From Macrostomum lignano (lineage: Eukaryota): a stretch of DNA of 64,000 bases. The stretch is from contig NIVC01003985.1 in NCBI GenBank assembly GCA_002269645.1, positions 2,372 to 66,371 of the forward strand, written 5' to 3'. The notes under the pieces are model-generated. The model worked only from the letters and a program-made list of their open reading frames with translations. It had not been told where the DNA came from and searched no databases. The position numbers and the translations under genes were made by a program. Of this stretch, positions 11,154 to 22,174 are shown one piece after another (position 1 is the first letter of the stretch; the number at the start of each line of letters is the position of its first letter).

Positions 11154-11489
11154 CGAGGGGTGTCCCAGAAGTAGTATCACTTTTGCTTGCTTCCACAAGT
11201 ATTAATGTGTGTTTAAAAAATCATATGCATTAAAAGTTAGCAGCTTATTTTAGCTTTCATGCCACGAAAGTCCGATATTTATAAGTGCTTCCTGCTGTAA
11301 GCAGCATACATTTGTTTGCATACCCTCAGCCATAGAAATGCACACCGCATAGTACTTCTATGCTCACTCAGAACAAAGCCACAAGTACAGCTGATCAAGT
11401 GCACTTATAAATATCGGACTTTCGTGGCATGAAAGCTAAAATAAGCCGCTAACTTTTAGGGCATATGATTTTTTAACACAAATTAATAC
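11154..11489. mobile_element. Foldback/MITE with an about 90-bp inverted repeat; Tc1/mariner-like left end
   Basis: About 11200-11288 is the reverse complement of about 11401-11489 with few mismatches. Begins TA|CGAGGGGTGTCC, resembling mariner termini. A matching right terminus was not found. Confidence 0.65.
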
Positions 11490-11528
11490 ACCTTTTCACG
11501 TTCAATTTTGATCAATGTCCAGTTCTAA

Positions 11529-11664
11529 AAAAACTAGCGGAAATTCAATTCAGACTGAAGATGATATTGTGTATGGCTAAACCTTACTTCGGTTAGAATG
11601 TTTTGAGCTGGGGTTAGACTGGGCCCCAGTCTAAATTGTCTGAATTGAATTTCCGCTAGTTTTT
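11529..11664. mobile_element. Small foldback element (27-bp perfect inverted repeat) with an internal 10-bp-stem palindrome
   Basis: AAAAACTAGCGGAAATTCAATTCAGAC (11529-11555) is the reverse complement of 11638-11664. TTAGACTGGG-C-CCCAGTCTAA lies at 11614-11634. Confidence 0.65.
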
Positions 11665-11828
11665 CCGCTAGAAGCCACAACAGCACAAGATTTCCTACCG
11701 AAAGAAGGTTGCGAGGGGTACAAGAGGCGAGTTAAAGACCTAGGAACAGAGGAGAGAACGTTACCAATCTTAGTTTTTATGTCAAGTTCGATCAGCAGCA
11801 GCAACTTATTGAAAAACCTGTTGCAAAT

Positions 11829-13154
11829 TCAGTCAACGAAAGGCCGAACCAGGAACACGCAGAAGATGGCGACGGTGGCCACGCAACCCACGACGGCCAT
11901 CAGCCGCTCCACAGCGACCGCTGCGACCTGCCACTCCGAGCGCCTCGGGTCTCCGGAGGTCTCTACGGGCCTCTCGCCGTCATCCCCGCTCGCCTTGCTC
12001 ACGTTGTCAGCGTCTCCCTCTGGCGCCGTCCTGCTGCCGCCTCGCCTCTCACCGCACAGCATCACGCGGCCCAGGCAGCTCACGAACACGACCCGGAGAC
12101 ACAACGGCATCGGCTGAGACTCCGCAGCAAAGTGGAACCGAATCGCCACCGACGTCAGCAGCAGAGACGACGTCGACAGCACCATGGCCGCCGTGATGAA
12201 CGACGCCACGGCCGGCATCGACTGCGACTTGGGCAGCAGGCCGTCCAGCAGCAGCAGGAACACCGTGTAGCTCAGCATGATGGTGATGCCGAAGCCCAGC
12301 TTCTCTCCAGACTCGACGGGCACGAAGAAGACGAGCACCTGGAGCAGCGTGAGCAGCAGTAGTGGAGTCACCACGTTGAGCATGTAGTAAGTGGACACTC
12401 GCTCAATCTCCAGTCGCATCACAAAGGTCGGCAGCGGCATTTTCGGTAGTTCTTTGAAAACTTTATAAAAGCGGAAGTGCACGAAGGTGCTCACATTTAG
12501 TATTCGCCATTCACTGTTTTCTCTATAGGCAGACAACTCATTGTATTCCAGACCCGATGCGAGCATGTTGCCCTTGTGCGGCATCACCAGCTCGTTGCCG
12601 CGGCCCATGTCGTACATGTAGAGCTCCAAGTCACAGGTGTGCTGATCGAACGGGAACTGCCTCATGTCGAACTCGCAGGAAAACTCCCAGTTCCGTTTCC
12701 AACTAGCGCTTACTACGGTGGAATTTGGCGACACTGAAGTCAGGAATGTGGGAATCTGGGGCTTCATCAGCTGATTGTCGCCGATACCATTGTACACAAA
12801 AATGATGGGGAACCAGATCTGGCTGGTGCCCCAGTCCACGACCGACACTCCCCCGAACTCGGACGGGTCCCACACCAGGCGCTGCTCCTCCCAGGTGGCC
12901 AGGAGCAATGCAGAAATCTTGAAGCTCTGGCTAGCGCTGTCAACGGACACGATTTGATTTACCATGACGGCCACAGAGATGTTCACAACCTCTGTGTGGT
13001 TAAGTCTTGGTCTGACCATCGGATGATAGTCGGTGATGTTGTTCTTCAAGTACTTCATGAGCTCGATTTGTGGATCAGAAGCGTTGCACAGTGGCAGAGC
13101 TGCAACGAGAGCCACTGCTGGCAAAAGCAGCAGGTCCACTCTTGGATGAAGCAT
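11829..13154 (-). CDS. Intronless Cys-loop ligand-gated ion channel subunit, copy 3, 441 aa
   Basis: ATG at 13154 (the track start is TTG); signal peptide; Cys-loop CEFDMRQFPFDQHTC; GEK-TM2; TM4. Confidence 0.95.
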   Translation of the reverse strand: MLHPRVDLLLLPAVALVAALPLCNASDPQIELMKYLKNNITDYHPMVRPRLNHTEVVNISVAVMVNQIVSVDSASQSFKISALLLATWEEQRLVWDPSEFGGVSVVDWGTSQIWFPIIFVYNGIGDNQLMKPQIPTFLTSVSPNSTVVSASWKRNWEFSCEFDMRQFPFDQHTCDLELYMYDMGRGNELVMPHKGNMLASGLEYNELSAYRENSEWRILNVSTFVHFRFYKVFKELPKMPLPTFVMRLEIERVSTYYMLNVVTPLLLLTLLQVLVFFVPVESGEKLGFGITIMLSYTVFLLLLDGLLPKSQSMPAVASFITAAMVLSTSSLLLTSVAIRFHFAAESQPMPLCLRVVFVSCLGRVMLCGERRGGSRTAPEGDADNVSKASGDDGERPVETSGDPRRSEWQVAAVAVERLMAVVGCVATVAIFCVFLVRPFVD

Positions 13155-13664
13155 TGCCAAACTCAAAATAAGAAAGTGTTTGCCGAAACTCAGCCCCTCT
13201 CTGGATAAATATCAGCTTTTGCAGGATCTTTTTCCTTAGTTCAACACAATTTATTTTAACATCGGTCGATTTTTATCGATCGGCCTTAAATTTAACGAAC
13301 CAACAGAAAAAATTTCTCAAATTGATTTCTCAACCACCACTATGTAGTTGCCAGAATTCTTCCCGCTAATTGGCTAGGCACCTAGATACCAATTAAAAAG
13401 AGCATGGGATGTGGCACAAGCAATGATTGACACTTGTAGTAAAATCCACTCTCGACAAAAATTTAGCATTCAGCCAAAAGAGCGAAGCGTGGAAATTGAT
13501 TCTCAAGATCTGTTTAGCAACTATGTTAACAATTACGTTTTGTATTTGGCAAGGATTCTGTTTACCTCAGAGGATAATATTCAGCATTACTTTTAGTAGA
13601 AGAGACGATATTTTAATCTCAAAAATGCTTTACGCGAGCAATCTACGTTTTATAATCGTCTCAT

Positions 13665-15842
13665 TGATGTAACCGTCCCTGTCGCCTGTCCGCTCCGTAG
13701 AGAGACGAACGCATGACTAGAGGGGGCAATGATCGTAGGCTGCCTATGACCGGGCAATGACCTGACGAACCTCCAGCACCAGACTGTCCCGCCCACATGA
13801 CTAGTAGCTTTGGTAGCGCTTCGTGACCAGAGGGCCAAGGACCCACATGGACCCCACCTGTAGCCAAGGTGCAATAGTTGGTCACTCGGTCATGGTATGA
13901 CCGAGTGGCTGCCACCACTCTATGTGACCTGGCGCACCTGGATCTTGCTACCAGACCTCTCGAGGTTAGAGCCCCGCCTGGGATGGTTACCAGGAGATTT
14001 AGGCTAACAGGGGAGACACATGCAGCCGAGTACAGGGACTCTGCTTGGGGCATGATCGGGAACTCTGGGCTCAATCTGGAGGATTTCTTAGCAGGGGATC
14101 CTTTGTGGCTGTGAGCGAGGCTGACTTGCGACTTTGATTACTAAGAGTAGTATGAGGCGAACATGTACTGTCTCTAGTTTAGATTGCTCAGGGCGAAGGG
14201 ACGCGTCAGCATGGGGTTGCAACCCTCCTACTGCCAATTTGTGCCAAGACTCGCCAATACCCTCTACTGCACGCACTCACGGACCCGCGGCACGCACTCA
14301 CACAGGCGGGCTTTGCACGGGGAGAAGCCATTAGCTTACCCAGACTTCCTTATGCTTTGCCACCCCGGGAGAAAGGCTTAGCAAGCCATGAGTGAAATGA
14401 TGGTGAAAGAGTGAATAATGATGAGGTTAGTTAATAGTTAATAATTAGGCCCTAAGGCAAATAATCAGGCAATTAGGCGGCTTCACTATTGAGTAAAAAT
14501 ACAGCAAAAGGTACGGTATCACAACTGGCTCAGCTCTCTAACCAGACAATGGAAAAATAGGCAAACCCCGGATAAGCAAGGGCAATTAGAGCACAAATTA
14601 GTAATAGGAACTTACCGGCAGCTGCACAGAGAGAGAGAGGCGGAGTGACCGGTGGCGGCTGTAGGCTGCAGTCAGGCAGGCGCTGATGTAGATCAGGCAA
14701 AGCTGATGATGCTGGGCGGTATCAGACCGCTGGCCAATAGGCGAGCTCACTTGGGGAGCTGAAGATAACTTGGCGGTAACAGACCGCGGACCGGCAGGGA
14801 TTCGTCTTATAGACGAATGGGTCAGAAGTCAGTCTGACGGCAAGTCTAAAGAAAGACTAGGAGCCCGAAGGTTGAGGATTCTCATTCCGAAAACCGCTTC
14901 CTTTTATAGCCTTCCCAGCCGCCGCTCCAAGGTCGTTTCCATGACTCCCTCTCTCTGATTTGCTGCCGGCCGAATGACGTCAGAATGAGTCATGATGAGA
15001 AACATGAGACCGGCATAGCAACATGAGAAATAGGGAAATTGCGCAATCCGGAGGTGGGTTGGGGGGATAATTGGCGCAGCGGGTGGTCGCGAAAGTGTTG
15101 CGCAAGCAAACATTGAGAACAATAGGGCTGGGGTCGAGAACAAAGGAATTCGAAATCGGGGATAATTGGGGAGAATTGAGAACAATAGAAAAGCAAACAT
15201 TGGAGAAAAGGTGATAATTAGGTGCGAAAACGAGAACAAAAGAAAGAGAAAATCGGAGAAAATGTGATAATTGGTGGGGGTCGAGAGAACAAAAGAATCA
15301 AAAACGAGAACAATAGAAGCGGAGGTGGGGTGGGTGCCGCATGAGAAATTTGGGGAGAAGAACAATAGCATGAGAAAAGGTTGCGCAAGAGAGGGGGATG
15401 AGTCATCGATGAGTCATCGAGGGGAAGAAGGGGTCACACGACTTGCGTCACCGTTTGGGAGCTTGGGAAGGGATGGGGAGACGGTGAGCACACAAAATAC
15501 TGTAAGTAGACGCAGAGAAAGAGGGGACAGCGCAAGAAAAGAGTGCAGAGAGAGACAAAAAGAGGGGGGATAGGGAAAGTACAAGAAGAATAGGGTGGAG
15601 CGCAGAGGAGATAAGGTAGAGGGGGAGCTACAGAGAGGGATAGGGAGCTCCGGAAAGGCAGGTGTGACGGCAGGGGAGACGGAGCCAAGGCAGCAGGGGG
15701 GTGCAGCAGAGCGGGAGTCTCTAGGCCTGGTCGGAGACCTGGCCGAGTCTCGACAGCTCTGTGCAGGGGAGGTGCACGGGATAGGAGGCACTTTCGAAAA
15801 AGTTCCCATGCCCTATCCCGCGACCAGAGCGTGGTTACATCA
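13665..15842. mobile_element. 2,178-bp TG..CA element with 10-bp terminal inverted repeats and a 4-bp TSD (large solo LTR or non-autonomous integrase-mobilised element)
   Basis: Termini TGATGTAACC and GGTTACATCA. TSD TCAT at 13661-13664 and 15843-15846. No recognisable coding domain inside. Confidence 0.75.
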
Positions 15843-16327
15843 TCATCTGATACTTATGTCTTAAACAAGGACGACTTAAGTAGAATGACGGGAAACCTCG
15901 TTTCTTGGAAAACTTTTGAAGGCAGTCTTTTCCGAAAAAATACACAACGGAAAAATCTGAATATAATAAGGTTGACGTCATTAATTTTGACGGTTTATTT
16001 TGTAAAATTGTTTACCCGAGACTGATCAGAAGTGATATTTTTATTTATATAATATGACGAAATTGTCGGGCATTAAAAACTGCCTAACCATGCACTTAAA
16101 TTCTGTGGGACAACTAAAGACTCGGACAATCGAACATGTAGTCGTCATGTTGCCGTCGAAAGCCATTGAAAAAAGAATGAAAGTTGCTTAGCTTAGCTTA
16201 GTAGCTTGAGTAGCTTAGCTCTGTCTGTAGGATAGCAGCTAGGCTTGTCATTCTCGTCCAGGACCTCTGGACCTCGTCACGCTGCAGGAGGTTTCTATCG
16301 TGGCTAAGTGTCTATGGCTACTCTTTC

Positions 16328-16460
16328 TCCTAATTTGTCAATTAAGGACCATAGACATTATAGGCATACGTCATTAGATGATGGGTCATAGGTCATAGGG
16401 CATATATGTCATAGATGACCTATGCCTATACGTCTATGATCCTAAATTGACAAATTAGGA
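16328..16460. mobile_element. Small foldback/MITE (about 45-bp imperfect inverted repeat)
   Basis: TCCTAATTTGTCAATTAAGGACCATAGAC..TATAGGCATA is mirrored by TATGCCTATACGTCTATGATCCTAAATTGACAAATTAGGA. Confidence 0.55.
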
Positions 16461-16975
16461 AAGCACATGTGGCTCACATGTGGCTCAGTAGAACAGCAGA
16501 AACCGACCTAGATTTTGTTGACTCAGTCCAGTGGCTCGCATTGCCTCCTGCACTGTTCGGACGAACCTTTCTGCGAGCCCGTTGCTTTTCGGATGGTACG
16601 GCGGTGTTGTTACATGCTGGCAACCAACACTCTTGAGCCAATTGGTTGTGTCGCGACTTTCCTAGTCATTTCTTTAGTTCACTTTTACTTGTCCGTGTTT
16701 ACTCCCTTTTCTCTCTCTCTGTCTAGCTCAATCTTGTTATTCTCATCTCTCTCTCCCTCGCCGCCTTCTGATTGGCTCTCCATTCTAGCCTCCCTCTTTA
16801 GTCGCGCACACCACCCCTCCTTTTATTAAATTGGAGTCAACCCCCTCTAAGATAGTCGGATAAATATACTGGTTTGGGCCCTGCGCCCACTTACTTCCTC
16901 TCTGCTCTTCTGTCTCTGCAATTTAATTATAGTTTATACTCTTATTTTCTCGATAGGTTGTAACCAACTGCGTCT

Positions 16976-19900
16976 ATTGTCAGTCACCAGAGTCCTAGGA
17001 ATTCCGAGCTGCGAAAAAGTTCGTCGTAGCCGAGACACCCTGTGGCTGATTCCCTGTCGTTAGTCAGATGGACTTCTGGGTAGCTTGAGAAAGACTCTAC
17101 CAACACCAATAAGTACAGCCAATTGATTGGTCCCGCAGTCGGGACGATTCCATGACTCTGTAGTCTGTGGCCAGGAACTGAGGTGATTCCGGTTGCTCGA
17201 TTTGACCATCTTGTACATTGTACACCTGCTGATGTAGTCCATGACTTTGTAGCGTATTCACTAATATTATAAAAGTATTGCAGCTAGCGTATTATAATTA
17301 CTGTATTCTAGAAACTTCCGCGTAAACACGCACTTTCCATATTTGGCGTTTTGAATTCCCGCGCACCCCCTTTCTAGAAACTGCTTCTCGAACTTTCCGG
17401 ATTCCGGAATGTTCCATCAACACGAATATAAATATACAGCACCCTAGCACGCAATTACTCAAGCCCATTCTCTCTATTCTTTTCCACACGGAAACAATCA
17501 AAGAAAAATTAAAGCAAACGAACCACCGCTTTCCACGCCTCAATTATTTTCGCTATTCTACAACTGGTCCGGTGAGGCGTCCAAAATTCATCTGAGTCCC
17601 CAGCAAGGGGCTAGGCCGTCGAAGTGCGTGTAAATATCCGTGTAAATACTGCCTGAATGTAGCATAACGCCATCATCGACATTGCCATCAACGCCATGCC
17701 TCATCGTCGTCTGCACGCGCCCGTCGTCCACGCCACTACTGGATATAGCTACCGGATGCATCATACGTGTACGACACGATATTAACCTGATCGACGTAAT
17801 TCTACAAACGTGGTATCGAAGTTGACACGGAACTCATCGACGACAGACAGACAAATGCCTACACGGGTATTACCAGGCCGTTCGATAGAGTCTTCCGTGA
17901 ACCCCACCAAATTCTACGCCAAAATAAGCCGAAATATCACCAGTCAACCAAGCTGCTATTGACCAAGGAACGCGCGGCTGAAACCTTCGGCGATCGTCTT
18001 TATATGACACCTTCCACGAGGTGATCGACATCCCGAGGGGCAACCCAGCCTGTCAATCGGTTCGCCTTGTGCGCTCCATCAGCCATGCCCAGCAATATTC
18101 AGCGACCGCCCGCCGTCGTCCTCATATTAGTCTCGGGAGTCTGTCTGCAATTCGAAAGGTCGTCCTGCCTGACGATCCGTCGTCCTGGAGTGTGGCTGAG
18201 CGTGCCACAAGCATCCCAAGTTCTCCTACCAGAAGCGCGTTGCGTGTACACCTGCTACGAGATGCCTACCGGAGCAGAGCGACAGCCCGCCTCGACTCAC
18301 GGTGCACCGATCTTGTTCCGGGTGTCGTCTGTCTGCATCCTGGCACATTCCGTCTATGTACATTGCTATTCGGCCAACCGGGGGCATCGCAGTAAGGTCT
18401 GATTTGCGAAATGACTAATTAATCAAGCAGCTTGACTTCACCAGTAATAACGTTTCACTTATTATTGAATATGTACATCATCGCCCCTATGCTGTAACAG
18501 TTTGAAATCTGCATGTACAAACGTACATGTCCACGCCCCCCCCCAATTCATCATCTAATGTATATATTTTTTTCCGGTACTTCTCCAGGTGACTCCGTCT
18601 CCGGCGGGGGAACTGTTGTAGCGTATTCACTAATATTATAAAAGTATTGCAGCTAGCGTATTATAATTACTGTATTCTAGAAACTTCCGCGTAAACACGC
18701 ACTTTCCATATTTGGCGTTTTGAATTCCCGCGCACCCCCTTTCTAGAAACTGCTTCTCGAACTTTCCGGATTCCGGAATGTTCCATCAACACGAATATAA
18801 ATATACAGCACCCTAGCACGCAATTACTCAAGCCCATTCTCTCTATTCTTTTCCACACGGAAACAATCAAAGAAAAATTAAAGCAAACGAACCACCGCGT
18901 TCCACGCCTCAATTATTTTCGCTATTCTACAACTTCCTTGTCCAAAGCTGGCCACCAGTATTGTGAGCGTATTAAAGACTTAGTCCTTTCCATGCTCAGG
19001 TGCGTCGAATGAGCTTTCTCCATGATCGTTTGTCTCAACGCACGCGGTGGAACTACTCTCAATCCTCTAATAACCATTCCGTGTCCCATAGTTAGTTCGC
19101 TGGACACCATCTTGTAAGGCCGTAGGTCCTGGTGGTTGAAATTTCCAGTTCGGATCGTTTCTTGGAGTCGTTGTAACTCCGGACATTGCTCGGACTGAAT
19201 CCGCAACTGCTCAATAGTTGAAGTCGGGTGAGCCAGCTCAACACTGCCAATGCTGAGTGTTTGCCCCTGTCAAAAAATGCAAGAAGTCGAGACAATGCAT
19301 CGGATTTCATCAGGCCAGACCTCTGATACCTCTGCGGATCAGGCCGTCCTCCAGTACGAAGCCTAGAAATCGCATCTTTCGCTGAGAGATTTGGCACTTC
19401 CTGTCGTTAATTTTGAGATTGTGCTGCTGAAGCCTCGCTCTGACCAGCGCTTCCCTTTGTTTCAACTGCTCCTTAGTCTGGTCGCCAATTAGTATGTCAT
19501 CAATAATAGGCTACGGCTCTTTCAATTCCCTGCACGAGCTGTGTGTTCTCTTTGAAATATGTTGGGCGCTTTAGTGATACCAAAAATCAGCCGATTATAT
19601 TGAAAATTTCCAAATGGAGTCGACATAACAGTCAATGGTTTCGAGTCGTCCTCCAACTCGATCTGATTATAAGCTGGCTCTAGATCCAGGATAGTATACC
19701 AGTGACACCCTGAAACTGCACTGAAGGCTTCTTCGGCCGTTGGCATAGGATGGCTGTCCCTTACCATCTGGGGGTTTAATGTCTTTTTATAATCGACACA
19801 GAGTCTGATGTGTCCATCCGGCTTTGGCCGGAAAATATGAAATGGTAGTTCGTGAAGCTTGTCTTGAAACTGGACTGTTCCTTTGAACTGACCAAGCGTC

Positions 19901-21080
19901 TGGAACTCGTATGTGTCCACGTAACCTGTCAGTTTCAGTTCACTGGTCTGTAGCCGTGGCCTGCCGATTAGTCCAGACTGCATCCGACATCACGGACCCC
20001 CCGTGTCCAGTTGACACTGAATCGGGATTTTCTTGTCTTCGTGCACAAACTGTAGGGTGACGCAGATGGCATCCTGAGTCGGGCCTGTAATTGCTCCAAT
20101 TGTGAACTGGTCTCCATTCATCGCTAGGGACTTGCTGGACACAAACTGCACTGAGTCGACACGGCCTGCAGCGTCTATCTTCGTCTGGCACGCCTTTTGA
20201 AAGTGGTTCAGCTTGCCGCACTTGCGACAAGCCTTCCCAGTTGCCGGTCACTGCATTTTTCCATGCGGTGGCCCACATCGAGGACAGGTGGTGCTAGTGC
20301 TACGTTTGAACTTGCCTCGACTTTGTCCTTTCGACGATTGTCCTTTGGACTTGAGCACGCCGATCTTCATGACGGCCGTACTCTCTCCTTTCGGTGCGCT
20401 CTTCATGATCTCCGTGGCTATTAAGGTGGAATGAGCCTTAGTCTCGGCAACCGCATCCTTGAAGGCCAAGATATGATGGTCCTTGACCAAAAGCTTGCCT
20501 ATGATCTGTTGATCCATCCGAACGAAGATGAGTTAGTCCCGCAGGCGCTCATCCTTGTTATCAAATTTGCATTTCTCCGCCCCCCGCAGAAGCCGTTCAG
20601 CGAACGCCCGCACTGACTCTCCAGGTGTGCGCGTGCACTGTTGGAACGGGTACCGTTTAGCCAATACAAAGGTTGCCGGTACCAACAGTTCCTTTTAGGC
20701 AGCCTCCAACACCACAGCTGACAATTGACTCGGCTTTGCTAGAGCCACCCGATCGGCTACTCGGTCATATAGGGCCGGAGACAGTTTTATGAGCAGCATC
20801 TGCGCCTTAGTCTCAGCATCCCAGCGGTAAAATTTGCCGCAACTTCAAAGCGGTCCAACCATCGGGCGAAATTATTTCCGACGTCCAGCCGCTCGATCTC
20901 CATGGAGCCTCCTTCGGTGCGCCTTGCTGCACCAGCAGCTTCATAGACTGGAGTCTTGACAACAGAGACTGCTGCCTTGGTCGACTCGGTTGGTGGACCT
21001 GCTCCTGTTTTTTGTAGGAGAGCCGAGTGTTTTCTCGCCTTGCTTACTCATGCCTGTAGCTGATCATGCTTGCGACGCCA
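16976..21080 (-). mobile_element. Decayed Ty3/Gypsy retrotransposon (gag, RT, integrase), interrupted by a nested element
   Basis: Gag knuckles CPRCGPPHGKMQ*PATGKACRKCGKLNHFQKAC. RT: IRLCVDYKKTLN..HPMP..LDLEPAYNQI..TPFGNFQYNRLIFG..AP..FQR and IIDDILI. Integrase: HSTH..YWWPALDKEVMDYISRC and FSQLGIPRTLVTDN. PBS-like TGGCGTCGC at 21080-21072. Contains stops, frameshifts and deletions. Confidence 0.9.
17248..18931 (+). mobile_element. Complete non-autonomous LTR retroelement (TRIM/LARD-like): 315-bp LTRs and a 1,054-bp internal region
   Basis: LTRs 17248-17562 and 18617-18931 (TGTAG..CTACA), one mismatch seen. TGG PBS-like site just after the 5' LTR; PPT GGCGGGGGAA before the 3' LTR; 4-bp TSD ACTT at 17244-17247 and 18932-18935. 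Confidence 0.93.
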
Positions 21081-21081
21081 C

Positions 21082-21280
21082 TGTACATGTATATTGTGGT
21101 CTTTACCAGGGGAGTATTAGCTCCTAAGTACTGTTTATTCTCTTTTTATTTAACAGCCAGCTTTTCGTTTCAACATAAGCCAAGCGTTCCTTTTACGTAC
21201 AGTCCAGAGACACTTCCGCTAAGCCATAGACAAAAGTCTGCTGTGGCTGATTAGACTGAATATTATATAATTTACAAAAA
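21082..21280 (-). mobile_element. Probable 5' LTR of the decayed Gypsy element (right boundary uncertain)
   Basis: TGT begins at 21082 on +, adjacent to the PBS-like motif; AATAAA on the minus strand. No partner LTR found. Confidence 0.4.
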
Positions 21281-21889
21281 TAAAATAAGTCGACCCACAG
21301 CAGTTGAGCTGCAACATTTCGCTGAAACTGACAGTTCTGTGGGTAAAGTCAGTTGATGCAGCTCGCGTGACCAGCAGTAATTCTACGATAGTCAATGATT
21401 CATTCAAGGAATTCTAAATCTAGGATGAAGCAGGCGCATAAAATCCACCATCAATCTTGAGTAAGCGTAGAAGAGCGCAGAAGATGCTCAATCCAGTGAC
21501 TGGATGTTGAATATCGGCTGTCGCCGGATCGCAGGAGTAGCTCTTGCTTTGACAGAACCTCGCTAAACATACGAAGCACCAATTTTCTTGCACTAGAACA
21601 GACCGGCGTATTGTCCAATTGCATAATATCCATTTCATTGATCTCAGAGCTGAGAAGCTTCAACTTCATCATCGGCGTCCAATTGAATGAGATCGCCAAG
21701 CATTCATTGAATTGCGGTTGTTGAATCCAAAATGAAAGCCATTTGCCTTTGGTAGGAGTCGCGCGTTTAGCTTAAGCTAGCTATGAACCTTCTGCTATTT
21801 GACTTACAACTTCATGTCTACACTTTCTATTTTGGACATTAGATACTTCAAGCGTGCAGCAATGGTATATTCCTGAACGTGAAGGAATC

Positions 21890-22050
21890 CCATTGTCGGA
21901 TGATTCATCGTGCAGGAATGCACAAAACCGTGCAGGAATGCATTTCTGCGCCTAATGCTTTTTCAGTGAGATTTTACCATAGATATCCATTCCTGCACGC
22001 AAAAGAGTGCAAGAATGCCATTCCTGCATGGAAAATCAGCCGACAATGCC
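21890..22050. repeat. Degenerate inverted repeat built from TGCAGGAATG motifs (MITE-like)
   Basis: CATTGTCGGATGATTCATCGTGCAGGAATG is mirrored by CATTCCTGCATGGAAAATCAGCCGACAATG. Confidence 0.5.
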
Positions 22051-22174
22051 TTTTATACTGCATTTCGACGCTTTCAAATATGCATCTGCACAGCACAGAT
22101 ATCATTAAGTTTAGGCAATTCATAGTCGCCCAACGCTGAGCTAGATGTAAAAGCATTCTCAAAAGCAGTTTTTT

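Noticed and set aside
16490-16975. Possible additional LTR (TATA-like ATAAATA, CT-rich tract, TGTAACC)
   Set aside because: No partner LTR, TSD or defined termini could be established.
17298-17543. Identical 81-aa ORFs at 17298-17543 and 18667-18912
   Set aside because: They lie within the two LTR copies, start at a non-ATG codon and show no protein features.
21420-21720. Short minus-strand ORFs that might be a transposase or gene remnant
   Set aside because: No motif could be recognised with confidence in any frame; left unassigned.
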